This document shows, piece by piece, positions 38,572 through 48,472 of a DNA stretch of 64,000 nt. A program made the position numbers and the translations under genes. Source of the stretch: Bryobacterales bacterium (GTDB lineage: Bacteria; Acidobacteriota; Terriglobia; Bryobacterales; UBA6623); NCBI GenBank assembly GCA_965248205.1, contig CBDFIS010000006.1:6224662-6288661 (forward strand), read 5' to 3'. Under the pieces are notes generated by a model. That model did no database searches. It had not been told where the DNA came from and saw only the letters and a program-made list of their open reading frames with translations. The stretch's first letter is position 1; each line of letters opens with the position of its first letter.

Positions 38572-40989
38572 CTACCGCGCGCGAGAGCGGTGCACATGCC
38601 TCGACAAGGGCGTTGGAGCGCCCGACGGCGCGGTGCTCGCCTCCGACTGCAGAAACGGGGCGGGGACGATCGCAAGGTCGACGAAGTCTGAAATGGCGGT
38701 GCCCGTAAAGATGGTGACCGGAACGGCAGGGCCAGGGATCACTCGGCTCGGAATCGTGACGTTGATTTGGTAGAGACCCACGCAGCAAGGGGACCCGCCC
38801 GAGAAGAAAATGGCGCCGTCAACACCTCCGAATGTCACGGCGATATTCGGGTCAGTGGTACGGGCGAAGGGTTCGGCGCTGGGAGGCGCGTCGCCATCCG
38901 CGAAGGGAGGGTTTACCGGTCCCAGGCCGGTCAAAAAGACAACTACCGTCTCACCTATTACGGCGGGATCTTCGGCGGTGATCGGCAAACCGTCGGCGTG
39001 CGTGATGGCCCCGGGCCCAAGCCCATTTTGCGGCGTCGAAAATACTCCTGGGCTACTGAGGGCCGCGGGGACGGTGACGGCGTTCGAAAGCTGACCGTTA
39101 TTGTTCACGACGATAGACGCCGTGGTCCCCCCGGTCGCAAAGGGTACCTGCAGGTTGATTTGTCCCGCCGAAACAAACAACACGGGGGCCGGCACCCCAT
39201 CAATCGTGACACTCACACCGTTCAGGACCGTAGGAAGAGGAATGCCGAGGGCCTTTAAGTTTACTTTATCGTTCTGGATGGGTACGGGCGCAGCGACGTT
39301 CTGAAGGAATTCTATGAATATGACAACTCCGACTTTCTTCGAGGCCTCAAAGAGAAGGGGTTTTACGTCGCCCAGGGCAGCCTGGCGAATTATTCTCTTA
39401 CCGCTCTCTCGGTAACGGCCACTCTAAACGCCGAATACATAGACAGCCTCGTGGCCGCCGATTTGAAGGACAAGGCTGACTGGCGCCCGGTGAGGCGATT
39501 GCTGCGGAAGAACCGGTTGACGGAATTCCTACAGCGGTGGGGCTACTCGATCGTTAGTTTTTCGACGGTGTATTACAACGCGGACCTCACTCAGGCGGAT
39601 TTCTACTTCTCGAAATGGTGGTACTTGAATCTGTTTGATTAAGTCCGAAGGTGCCAGGCCGGAGCCGAAGAGTGATACGAGGGTGCCGCCCGAGATGGGA
39701 TACGTCGTCGGAGCGAAAGACGCGGCATTAAGGACCCCGAGCGGTGAAAGAAACACCCCGTTGGCCGTGAATCCGGGCATCCGTACGCCGAAGAAGATGC
39801 CATGGGAGGGAGAAAACTGGCCGGGCGCACCTACCCGGGCGCCTACAAAAGCTTGGGGCTCCGGTCCATTCTGCCCGGCGGGCGGGGGCTGCGAACCCAA
39901 CGCCGCGATGGCGGGCGACACTGTGTTGCTCGAAGCGCCGATCGCCATGTTCACCACACCGGGGTCGAGCAGCCCTCCCAAAAAGCCGCTGCTGTCGGCA
40001 TTGATCGCGTAGGCATTGACGCCGCTGAAATCGATCAGAAGCTGGTCAAAGTTCACCCGCTGGGAGATGGCCGCTTGGCCGGCGCCGGTACTCCGCAACC
40101 CGCCGCTCGCGGACGTGTAGAGGTTAACACCGGGAACGAGATCGGTATCGACGACGATCTCCGCCATCCAGAAAGTGTTTTGCCAGCTCGCATCGTCCGC
40201 CGAAGTGCTGAAGTTCCTTATGGCCAGGAAGATTTCCCGGCCGCCCGCTTCCGTCGAATAGCCGATCACGTAGTTCCCGTCGACCGAACTGAAGATTCTT
40301 CGATTGCCCGAAAAAAGTGTGGAACTCGATCCAAAAGCGGCGGTTCCCGAGCCATCACCAGTCAGCGAGTATGTGGCATCGGTGATTGGCTGCTGGACGT
40401 TGCTATCTAGGTCATCGGCGGCGTGACCGGTCGCCGAGGCGGAGCTGAAGCTGCCGTTCCCATCGGCGGTCAGCGACAGAAGCGCGGTTTTGAGCCCCGC
40501 CGCCCCTCCGTCGGGAAATATCAACGTGGCCCCTGTGTAGGCCCCGCTGAAGACACCGTCGCTGACACCGCCCGCGGGAGATCGGATCGCGACAAACAAG
40601 TCATAGGACCCGTCGGACGCTTCTGTTGAGGCGCCCAGCAATACCTCGCTGTTGGCTCCCAGGCGAGCGTTGATCTCCAGCGTGTTTGCAATCGGATTGG
40701 TGAGGGTAACGAAGGCGTTCGCGTCCACCGAATAAGTCCCCACCCCGCTTACGCTCTGGGGAGCGCCGCTGCCGGTGCCGAGCTCAGCGTCGAACGTGTA
40801 TCCTCCGTTTCCGTCGAAGTTTATGCAGCCACCTAGATTCTGGGCACTCGCGTCGCCCGTGACTCCGTTGACGAGAGCGAGGAGATGCACAAAGTAGTAC
40901 TTGCCGGTGAGCGAGGCGTTGTCGGGAATCTGCGCACCGCCGACAACAGGCAACAGGCAAGCTAGGAGCAGTGCGGGAAGAGTTCTCAT
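38572..40989 (-). pseudogene. TIGR03437-type secreted protein interrupted by a 345-bp foreign antisense segment
   Basis: ORFs 39529..40989 and 38572..39216 are in the same minus-strand frame. The upstream part carries a signal peptide and ends ...LNAASFAPTTYPISGGTLVSLFGSGLAPSD. The downstream part resumes ...VAAPVPIQNDKVNLKALGIPLPTVLNGVSVTIDGVPAPVLFVSAGQINLQVPF...GLYQINVTIP. The intervening 39298..39642 contains a TAG in this frame. Confidence 0.65.
39307..39642 (+). pseudogene. Internal fragment (~112 codons) of a sulfatase-like / LTA-synthase-family membrane protein gene, with no start and no N- or C-terminal domains
   Basis: Own plus-strand translation gives EFYEYDNSDFLRGLKEKGFYVAQGSLANYSLTALSVTATLNAEYIDSLVAADLKDKADWRPVRRLLRKNRLTEFLQRWGYSIVSFSTVYYNADLTQADFYFSKWWYLNLFD*. 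This matches, from memory, the Y.YDNSeFl..L..kGFYVA..S.aNY..T.lSlaSsLN..Y... GY..vaFss pattern of that family. Confidence 0.5.
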
Positions 40990-41433
40990 CCGAGGTTATC
41001 CTTGAGTTTTTCCGGGATGGTTAACAGACGTGCTAACCGGGATCTAGTAACGATGAACGGGCCTGGGCTCACACCGCGGGCGTGACGTCGACGCACACGA
41101 GTAGCGCTGCGCAGCCATCTACAAGATAGCTGAACCCGGCTTGGGCCGACAAGTTGCATGTGAGGCTGGATGCGGCTCCACAGTGGGCGACGTCTGGCAA
41201 CAAGATCCCTTGCCGACATTTGGCGGGAATCAGAAATCGGAAACTTTATCTAACTCTGTACGCTCATATAGGAAACAAGTCAGGACCGCTCCGAGCGCCA
41301 CCACAGATTTCCCAACCTGAAGTCGATGGCACCAAGACCGCAACTTTCCCGTCACCGCCGGGTTTTTGGTGGGAATAGAAGCTAGAAAGACGAAGCCAGC
41401 GAGACACCCTATACCTCTCTTAGGAAAGCATTT

Positions 41434-43566
41434 ATGACCGGCAGAGCAAACAATCAGCAAACCGGCTTTAATGAAAATATGAACAATCGGACGGTGGTGC
41501 TGAGCTTGCTCATTGCCATGGCCGCTTTACTCGTTTCGCTGCCTTGGTTGCGTGGGGAGGAGCCCGCTGAACCATCGTTCGACACGGCTGATGTCGGGGT
41601 GCCGCACGCGGAGTGCACCTTTTTCACCGCCAAGCGGGAACACTTCCTGCGGGCCGGACTAGGCGCGGACTTGCTGGAGATGACCCGCCGCGCTGAGGTA
41701 ACCTCTTCCGTTTCCGCGGCGCTACCGCCGGCGTCGTTTCCCAGCCGCAGCCGCTCCGGCGCCTTCTGGTACGCCAGCCAAGGTGGAGACTCCATTGATG
41801 AGATTATCTTCAACGCGCTGAAGATCCGGGGAGTCCCGCCGGCCGGGAGCACCACCGATACCGAATTCCTACGCCGCGTCACTCTCGATCTCACCGGACG
41901 CATTCCCATCATCGACGAAGTGGCGGACTTTCTAAACGATTCGTCGGCGGACAAGCGAACGCAGGCAATCGAGCGGCTCTTAGCTACGCCGCAATGGGCC
42001 AATCGTTGGGCAATGTTCTTGGGCGACCTTTATCGGAACACGCTGTTTACTTCCCAAGTGATCCGCTATCTCGACGGGCGCGACGCGTTCCATCTGTTCC
42101 TGCTTGAATCGCTCCAACAGAACAAACCTTATGACGAAATGGTGCGCGAGATTCTGACGGCGAACGGCACGGGCGACGGCCGTAAATATCCGGAGACCTA
42201 TTCGAGTTTCGACGAGTACGAGCAGATCACCGGGGACTACGCCGGCAACCCCGTGACTCCTACTCCCGTCAGCTACATCGTCGGCGGGCTGACGCTGGGC
42301 GGCCCGATTCACGATACGTATGACGCGCTCGCTACCCGCGTTGCTCTCGACTTTCTTGGGTTGGCCCACATGGACTGCATCCTTTGTCACGACGGCTATG
42401 GGCACCTGGACTCGCTCAGCGTCTGGGGAGCGCAGGCCAAGAGGAGCGAGGGCTGGGGACTAGCCGCCTCGTTTGCCGGCACCATCATCCGCCGGGGGCG
42501 GCCGCCCCCACCACCCTCCGACGAGGAGTACGTTCCGCCGCCGCGCTACTGGATCGTGGGGGAGATCAAAAGGCCGCGGTTCGCGTACGTACTGAACACG
42601 ACCACCGGCAATCGACCCGCTCGCTTGCCCGACGACAATGGCGGCGAGGAGATCGCCGCGGCTACCTATCCTTTCGGTGGCGGGACGGCGCAGGCCGGTG
42701 AATCCGACCGCGAAGCTCTGGCACGCCTGTTGATCGCCGATATGCAATTTTCTCGTGCGATCGTCAACTACATCTGGAAAGAGTTTTTTTCACGAGGCAT
42801 TGTCGAACCGCCGGACCAATTCGACCCGCTGCGCCTCGACTCCCAGAACCCGCCCCCGGCGCCCTGGCAGATTCAACCGTCGCACTCCGAATTGCTGGAT
42901 CTACTGGCCGAGGGTTTTGTCGATAACGGCTTCGACCTGAAGTGGCTCATGCGACAGATCACGAACTCCGGGGCCTATCAGCTCTCGTCGCGTTACGAAG
43001 GCACGTGGAGCCCATCCTACGAACCGCTTTTTGCCCGTCACCAGGCGCGCCGGCTGACCGCCGAGCAATTGCATGACGCCATGGTGACCTCGAGCGGGCT
43101 GCCGATCCCCTATCCGGTGTCGCGAGCACTCGGCTTCCTGCCGTTGGCGATGCAGTTCCCTGACGTGCAGTTCGTTCCCCTGGGCGAGCGGCGCCGCGGG
43201 GACGAGGTAGGGGACGACTTTGCGGCGGCGGCCACGCGCTTTCTGGATAACTTCCTTCGGGGAAACCGCGAGGAGACCCGGCGGAGCAGCGAGGGAAGCA
43301 TTTTACAGGCGTTGGAGCTGATGAACAGTCCCCTGGTGGTTGACCGCGTAAGCGCTGCCGGCGAGGGCGGAACAATGGCGGTGCTACTCCAGCAACCTGA
43401 CGACGTGCTTGTACAGGGACTCTACTTGGCCGTGCTGGGGCGGCTGCCCACCACGGACGAGCTGGCTGTAGGCGTGGCCACCCTGGGGGACGGCGACCGC
43501 GTGGAAAGTGCCGAAGACCTGATGTGGAGCCTCTTCAACTCGTTGGAATTCATCTTTAACCATTGA
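41434..43566 (+). CDS. DUF1549/DUF1553 domain-containing protein (PSCyt-associated family)
   Basis: 710-aa ORF with an alternative start at ATG 41479. DUF1549 block: FLRRVTLDLTGRIPIIDEVADFLNDSSADKRTQAIERLLATPQWANRWA. DUF1553-like C-terminus: LMRQITNSGAYQLSS, ILQALELMNSP. It is followed by a DUF1501 gene. Confidence 0.9.
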   Translation: MTGRANNQQTGFNENMNNRTVVLSLLIAMAALLVSLPWLRGEEPAEPSFDTADVGVPHAECTFFTAKREHFLRAGLGADLLEMTRRAEVTSSVSAALPPASFPSRSRSGAFWYASQGGDSIDEIIFNALKIRGVPPAGSTTDTEFLRRVTLDLTGRIPIIDEVADFLNDSSADKRTQAIERLLATPQWANRWAMFLGDLYRNTLFTSQVIRYLDGRDAFHLFLLESLQQNKPYDEMVREILTANGTGDGRKYPETYSSFDEYEQITGDYAGNPVTPTPVSYIVGGLTLGGPIHDTYDALATRVALDFLGLAHMDCILCHDGYGHLDSLSVWGAQAKRSEGWGLAASFAGTIIRRGRPPPPPSDEEYVPPPRYWIVGEIKRPRFAYVLNTTTGNRPARLPDDNGGEEIAAATYPFGGGTAQAGESDREALARLLIADMQFSRAIVNYIWKEFFSRGIVEPPDQFDPLRLDSQNPPPAPWQIQPSHSELLDLLAEGFVDNGFDLKWLMRQITNSGAYQLSSRYEGTWSPSYEPLFARHQARRLTAEQLHDAMVTSSGLPIPYPVSRALGFLPLAMQFPDVQFVPLGERRRGDEVGDDFAAAATRFLDNFLRGNREETRRSSEGSILQALELMNSPLVVDRVSAAGEGGTMAVLLQQPDDVLVQGLYLAVLGRLPTTDELAVGVATLGDGDRVESAEDLMWSLFNSLEFIFNH

Positions 43567-43574
43567 GAGCGATT

Positions 43575-44996
43575 ATGAGTGAGCAGAAAAGATTCGCCAA
43601 ACACGTCGAAAGATACAACAAGCCGCGACTCGGGTTTCACTCGCGGTCTCACTGGAGCCGGCGTCAGTTCTTCCAAGTTCTTGGAACCGGCGTTTCGGGC
43701 TACTTTCTGGCGAACCAAATCGGAGCCAGTGAGGCTTGGGCAGCCGGGCCGGTTGAGCCGAAGAACACAGCCAAGCAGGTAATCTTTATCTTTCTTGAAG
43801 GCGCTCCCAGCACGATCGACACGTACGATTTCAAGGAGATCGCCGGTGTGACGCCGGCCGACTTCAACCCCGATACCATCAACGGGATTCAAATCCCGAC
43901 AGGTCTGTTTCCGAATACAGCTCAAGTCCTCGACAAGGTCGCCATCATTCGGTCCGGCTTGTCGTGGGCGCTGGCGCACAACTTAGCGCAGACGTGGTTT
44001 CAGATCGGACGCAACCCCACTTCCCCCTTGGGAGCCATGGCGCCTCACATTGGATGTGTTGCCGCCATTGAATTGGACCCCGAGCGACGACCTGATCAGC
44101 TTTTCCCGACCTTCATCGCTCTCAACTCGGGTAACGCGCCGGGATCAGGCTACTTTCCGATCGAGTACGGCCCCTTCAAAACTATCCCGGACGCGAACGG
44201 GCTGGCGAGCACGATGCATGAAGCTGGGCAGGTGCGGTTTGACAAGCGTTGGGATCTACTGCAAACCCTCGATGCGCCCTTGCGCGGCGCCGATTCCCCA
44301 CTAGGATCTGCTGTAGCGGGCATGTCGGACTTCTACCAGAGCGCCCGGGGTTTGATGTTCAACCCGGTGGTCGACGAGGCGTTCAGCTTCACAACCGAAG
44401 AGAGCCTGGCCTACGGCGATACCGACTTTGGCGATGCCTGTCTGATGGCCAAGAAGATAGTTGCGGCCGATCAGGGCACACGCTTCCTGCAAATCACCCA
44501 GCGTGGCTGGGACCACCACTCAGGTATTTACGACCGCAACGAGATCAACGGTCGGCAGGTGGGCCAAAACATCTACGCCCAGACGGCCGAGTTCGACCCG
44601 GCCTTTGCTGCTCTTTTGACGGACCTTGAAGCCGAGGGCTTGCTGGACGAAACGCTGGTCCTCGTCTCCGGCGAATTCGGTCGAACGATAGGCCCGGTAA
44701 CGAACGACCGCGCCGGACGAGATCACTACTTGCAGATGTTCTATCTGTTTGCCGGTGGCGGCGTCCAGGGTGGCAACGTCATCGGCGCCACCGATCCCAC
44801 CGGCGCCTTCACGATCGACCCGGGCTGGTCCCGCCAGCGAAGTATCCGTCCCGAGGACATCGAAGCCACAATTTACTCGGCCTTGGGTATCGATTGGACC
44901 ACGATCCGCAACGATGATCCGTTAGGCCGCGGTTTCGAATACGTACCCGAAGCCGCCGAGGATATCTACGGGCCGGTGGACGAGTTGTGGGGTTAG
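43575..44996 (+). CDS. DUF1501 domain-containing protein with Tat-type signal
   Basis: ATG 43575 is preferred; the track's TTG 43563 overlaps the upstream stop. Motifs include SRRQFFQVLGTGVSGYF, WDHHSGIY, SGEFGRT and GRDHY. Confidence 0.9.
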   Translation: MSEQKRFAKHVERYNKPRLGFHSRSHWSRRQFFQVLGTGVSGYFLANQIGASEAWAAGPVEPKNTAKQVIFIFLEGAPSTIDTYDFKEIAGVTPADFNPDTINGIQIPTGLFPNTAQVLDKVAIIRSGLSWALAHNLAQTWFQIGRNPTSPLGAMAPHIGCVAAIELDPERRPDQLFPTFIALNSGNAPGSGYFPIEYGPFKTIPDANGLASTMHEAGQVRFDKRWDLLQTLDAPLRGADSPLGSAVAGMSDFYQSARGLMFNPVVDEAFSFTTEESLAYGDTDFGDACLMAKKIVAADQGTRFLQITQRGWDHHSGIYDRNEINGRQVGQNIYAQTAEFDPAFAALLTDLEAEGLLDETLVLVSGEFGRTIGPVTNDRAGRDHYLQMFYLFAGGGVQGGNVIGATDPTGAFTIDPGWSRQRSIRPEDIEATIYSALGIDWTTIRNDDPLGRGFEYVPEAAEDIYGPVDELWG

Positions 44997-45397
44997 GGGC
45001 CTTTTCTCGCGAGAGTTTGGATAGCCAGCGTTGAACGATCTCGTGACCGGTAGCGACCGCCACTCTTGGCGGTCCTAGTTTCGAGTAGCGGGCGGCAATC
45101 TTGCCGGCCGGACGCGGGAATTTCTGTAGGGGCGGACGACCGTGTCTGCCCACTACCTATCTGTACACCTTTGTTCAGTCCGCCCTTGTGCAAAGACCGT
45201 ACATCGATAACTGTTGGGGCAACAGTGGCCCGACCCCTACGCGCCCTACGAAACGCGGGTCAGGCAAACCGCGCGCTGACCGACGAGAGCGGTCCTTGCG
45301 ACACCCAGAAGCCTGCGTCATGCGAAAACCTCGCAACCCCGCAAAACAGAGCCGCGAACGCGAGTGAGCGGCCACACCCCGCGGCAAGCAAGTTAGA

Positions 45398-45439
45398 GCC
45401 GCGGATGGAAATCCGCGGTAGGGGCACGGCATGCCGTGC
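45398..45439. repeat. Two adjacent perfect palindromic hairpins (REP-like)
   Basis: CCGCGGAT-GGAA-ATCCGCGG at 45398..45417 and the 18-nt perfect palindrome GGCACGGCATGCCGTGCC at 45422..45439. Both lie in a ~750-bp region with no credible gene. Confidence 0.5.
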
Positions 45440-45629
45440 CTATCAGCCCCACCGCAATCGGACCGACTCTCACCCCCTCCGAGCCGCGCGCGTCACCCAG
45501 CGGTCCAGTGACGGGTGGGACACTCGCAGCACGCCGTGACCCTGCGGATTGGAAGTGACGCGTTGCCAAGTCGGTCACGGCGGCGCGACCGGGTTTGCGT
45601 AGCCCGTATGCTCAACGGGGGCCGACGTC

Positions 45630-45680
45630 AGCCGCGTTCACGCGGCTTGCTTCCGGATAGGCCAGCCGTTCTACGGCTGG
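45630..45680 (+). repeat. Left hairpin pair flanking the Y1 transposase (REP-like)
   Basis: AGCCGCGTTCACGCGGCT (45630..45647) and CCAGCCGTTCTACGGCTGG (45662..45680). Their reverse complements recur in inverted order at 46215..46270. Confidence 0.65.
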
Positions 45681-45751
45681 TAGAATGGGCCCACGAAAAC
45701 GACAGGCCGCTTCAGCGGCCTTTCGACGATGGCTTCAGCCATGCCAATTCC

Positions 45752-46165
45752 ATGCCACGGAACGTTTATTCGGAAATCAATCTGCACATCACCTGGCACA
45801 CGAAACAGCGTGCCGCGGTGATCGTCGATGGCATCGAACGACAACTCTACCAATACTTGCAGCAGAGGGTACGACAGGCGCCGGGTGTCATCTGTCAGGC
45901 GCTGGGTGGAACTACGGATCACCTGCACCTCGCTGTGACCGTTCCGCCAACCCTGCTGGTCAGCCACTGGGTCGGTCAGCTAAAAGGCGCCAGCGCGCAT
46001 TACGTCAATCACCAGATTGCCAATCGCAAGATCTTGGAGTGGCAGTCCGGTTACGGGATCGTGAGCTTCGGAACAAGAGATCTCCCCTGGGTAGTGAGCT
46101 ACGTTCGTAAGCAAAAGCAGCACCATGGTCGCGGCACGATCCACCTACGGACCGGATACGGATGA
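45752..46165 (+). CDS. IS200/IS605-family Y1 (HUH) transposase, likely REP-associated tyrosine transposase (RAYT)
   Basis: Start placed at ATG 45752 (MPRNVYSEINLHITWHTK). The HUH motif is DHLHLAV and the catalytic Tyr region is SYVRKQKQHH. The protein is about 137 aa. Confidence 0.8.
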   Translation: MPRNVYSEINLHITWHTKQRAAVIVDGIERQLYQYLQQRVRQAPGVICQALGGTTDHLHLAVTVPPTLLVSHWVGQLKGASAHYVNHQIANRKILEWQSGYGIVSFGTRDLPWVVSYVRKQKQHHGRGTIHLRTGYG

Positions 46166-46214
46166 AAGCTCGTTGAAACGAGCTGCCGGAAGGGATGGGT
46201 GATTGGAGTCTCAC

Positions 46215-46270
46215 CCAGCCGTAAAACGGCTCTTCTAGCAACGGCTCAACGAAGCCGCGTGAACGCGGCT
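46215..46270 (-). repeat. Right hairpin pair flanking the Y1 transposase (inverted copy of the left pair)
   Basis: CCAGCCGTAAAACGGCT (46215..46231) and AGCCGCGTGAACGCGGCT (46253..46270). The latter is the exact reverse complement of 45630..45647. Confidence 0.65.
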
Positions 46271-46276
46271 CAAACA

Positions 46277-46460
46277 TCAGGCGAGGCGATAATGCGGCGG
46301 GTTTGTCGCATGGACGAGGTCAAGGTTGGCCCGTTTGAGGTTGGCAAGCTCGGAGACCCGGAGTCCTGTGTTCAGACAACGAGTTTCTCTTCGTGGGGGT
46401 TGCAGGCGTTAGCCAAGCGCGTTTCTTCATCTGAAGTGAGAGGTTCGCGTTTGTACTGGT
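46277..46460 (-). pseudogene. Tyrosine recombinase/integrase remnant (frameshifted and truncated)
   Basis: Own minus-strand translation gives ...REPLTSDEETRLANACNPHEEKLVV*, then in the next frame CLNTGLRVSELANLKRANLDLV.... The L.TGLR.SEL..L box is the conserved first Arg box of tyrosine recombinases. No HxxR or catalytic Tyr region follows. Confidence 0.5.
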
Positions 46461-47064
46461 AGCGCATACACGTTAGACGCACGACAGCGTGGTTAGAGGC
46501 GCCACGGTTCGGCGGTCCGCTGCGGCTGTCGTGAATTCTCGACAATTGCGACAGCCTGTCGCAATCCAGCAAAGGTTTGGTGCAGAAAATCAACACCCTG
46601 GGGAAGGGCTCGGCTGTCACAGACCTTTCAAATTTTTTCTCCTCGCCATCTCAACGACTTACGCCACGGGGGCCCTTCTAGCCCCCCATCCGTCCCCTAT
46701 TCTGGTACGGGGCCCAGAAACCGGAATTTCGGAGGAATGACCCTGGTATTTCCGCCATTTTCTGCCAACGGCATTTCTGTCGACGCTCGGGGCCGTTCCC
46801 AACCGAAAAAACCAAACAAACCCAATTCCACCGAACTCCAGTTAAATCAACGCGTTCGAAGGATAACACCCGCAGCGCGAATGTCGATTCTGGTTTCCCT
46901 GGCCCTTCGCTGCGGGAACCGGTCTCGGAATCGACTTGGCGCACGCTCTCAGTATGCCGCGGCGAGACTTTTCTCGACGCCAGACCGGATCAGGCCGGCG
47001 AAATACTCTAAACTAGGGAATGTCCCGCCTCTTAACTACCTGAAAAAGGAGACGGAACAGACCC

Positions 47065-47721
47065 ATGAGATACCAGATTACCTTCGCGTCCGCGATTATT
47101 GCGTTCGCCCTGCTGGCCTCGGCGCCTCTCTCGGGCCAAACCGAGGATCTCCGAGCTGAGATCGAGGCTCTCAGGAAGGGACGGGACGCGATTCAGAAAG
47201 ACGTCGGCGCGATCAAGAAGATGCTCGAGGCGATGCAGCCCAAGAAGCCCAAGCCGTTCGCACCGATTGACGTCACCCTAAAAGGTGCTCCGTCTCTGGG
47301 CAGTGCCGACGCCAAGGTGACGGCGGTCGAATTTACGGACTACCAATGCCCCTTTTGCCGGCGGCACAGTAACAACACGGTGCCGGCGCTCACGAAGGAC
47401 TACATTGACACCGGCAAGATCAAGTATGTGATGCGCCAGTTTCCGCTGAAGAGCATTCACAAGCAAGCGGACAAGGCGTCCGAAGCCGCTCTGTGCGGTG
47501 GGGATCAAGGCAAGTACTGGGAGATTCACGAAAAGATCTTCGCCAACCAGCGGAAACTCTCCGATGACGAGCTGATGGGCTACGCCGAGCAGGCGGGCGT
47601 GGACCAAGACCAGTTCAAAGATTGCTTCACGGGTGGCAAATACACGGCGCAGGTCGACCAAGATGTTGCCGACGGTTCAAAAGGCGGGGTTCGCGGCACC
47701 CCAGCTTCTTCCTGGGGCTGA
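47065..47721 (+). CDS. DsbA-family thiol:disulfide oxidoreductase (secreted); apparent frameshift near the 3-prime end
   Basis: 218-aa ORF with a signal peptide (MRYQITFASAIIAFALLASAPLSG), a coiled linker and the CPFC active site. The expected C-terminus (GTPSFFLGLTD...) continues in the +1 frame to 47861. Confidence 0.8.
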   Translation: MRYQITFASAIIAFALLASAPLSGQTEDLRAEIEALRKGRDAIQKDVGAIKKMLEAMQPKKPKPFAPIDVTLKGAPSLGSADAKVTAVEFTDYQCPFCRRHSNNTVPALTKDYIDTGKIKYVMRQFPLKSIHKQADKASEAALCGGDQGKYWEIHEKIFANQRKLSDDELMGYAEQAGVDQDQFKDCFTGGKYTAQVDQDVADGSKGGVRGTPASSWG

Positions 47722-47965
47722 CGGATGCCGACGACGACACGAAGTTCCGGGCGACCAAGTTCCTGCGTGGCGCCCAGCCTTACTCGGCCTTCAAAAAGAC
47801 CATCGACGAGTTGTTGGCCGGCAAAGAGGAAGATAAGAAAAAGGCCGCCGGCTCCGGCTGAATAACGCAGGGGCCGGGATCGTATCCCTGCCCCGCCATT
47901 TCTCTGATGCACCGCGCGCGCGAGTCCTATTCGCTTTCTGACTCATCCTCAGCGCGTGAATCCGC

Positions 47966-48472
47966 ATGAAGCTTTACCAGTTTATTCTGGCCGGTCTCGC
48001 AGGAGCCGGCTTGTTGGTGGCCGCACTGTATTGGATCGCCAGTGGCAAGACGGCTCGGGTGGAGGGTTCGATCACCGAAGTCCGAACGCTCGGGATGGAC
48101 GAGAACAGTTCGGTCGCCGTCGTCGATTTCGAGTTTACGAACCATTCCGAGGCCTTGGTGATGATCGGCGACCGTGACTTGGTCGTCGTCGATCAAAACG
48201 ACGGGGTCCATGAAAGTTACACGCTCAAGACGTATGATCTGCGGCAGCTTTTTCGCTACTTCCCGGCGCTGGGCGAGATCAAACACGAACCTGTGGTCCA
48301 CCGCACCGAGATACCCTCGGGCGAATCGTTGCATGGAATGATAGCCGCGCGGTTTGAAATCCCCAAGCATGAGCTCGATCTGCGGCGAGAAATCATCTTT
48401 CGGCTGACCGACGTGGACGGCGCGGTCTCCGAGTTGAGTTTGAAGTCCGATCAACCCAGTTCCGCGGAATAG
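47966..48472 (+). CDS. Hypothetical membrane-anchored protein
   Basis: 168-aa ORF with one N-terminal TM (FILAGLAGAGLLVAALYWIA) and a beta-rich soluble domain. I recognise no motif. Its coding character is plausible from composition only. Confidence 0.4.
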   Translation: MKLYQFILAGLAGAGLLVAALYWIASGKTARVEGSITEVRTLGMDENSSVAVVDFEFTNHSEALVMIGDRDLVVVDQNDGVHESYTLKTYDLRQLFRYFPALGEIKHEPVVHRTEIPSGESLHGMIAARFEIPKHELDLRREIIFRLTDVDGAVSELSLKSDQPSSAE

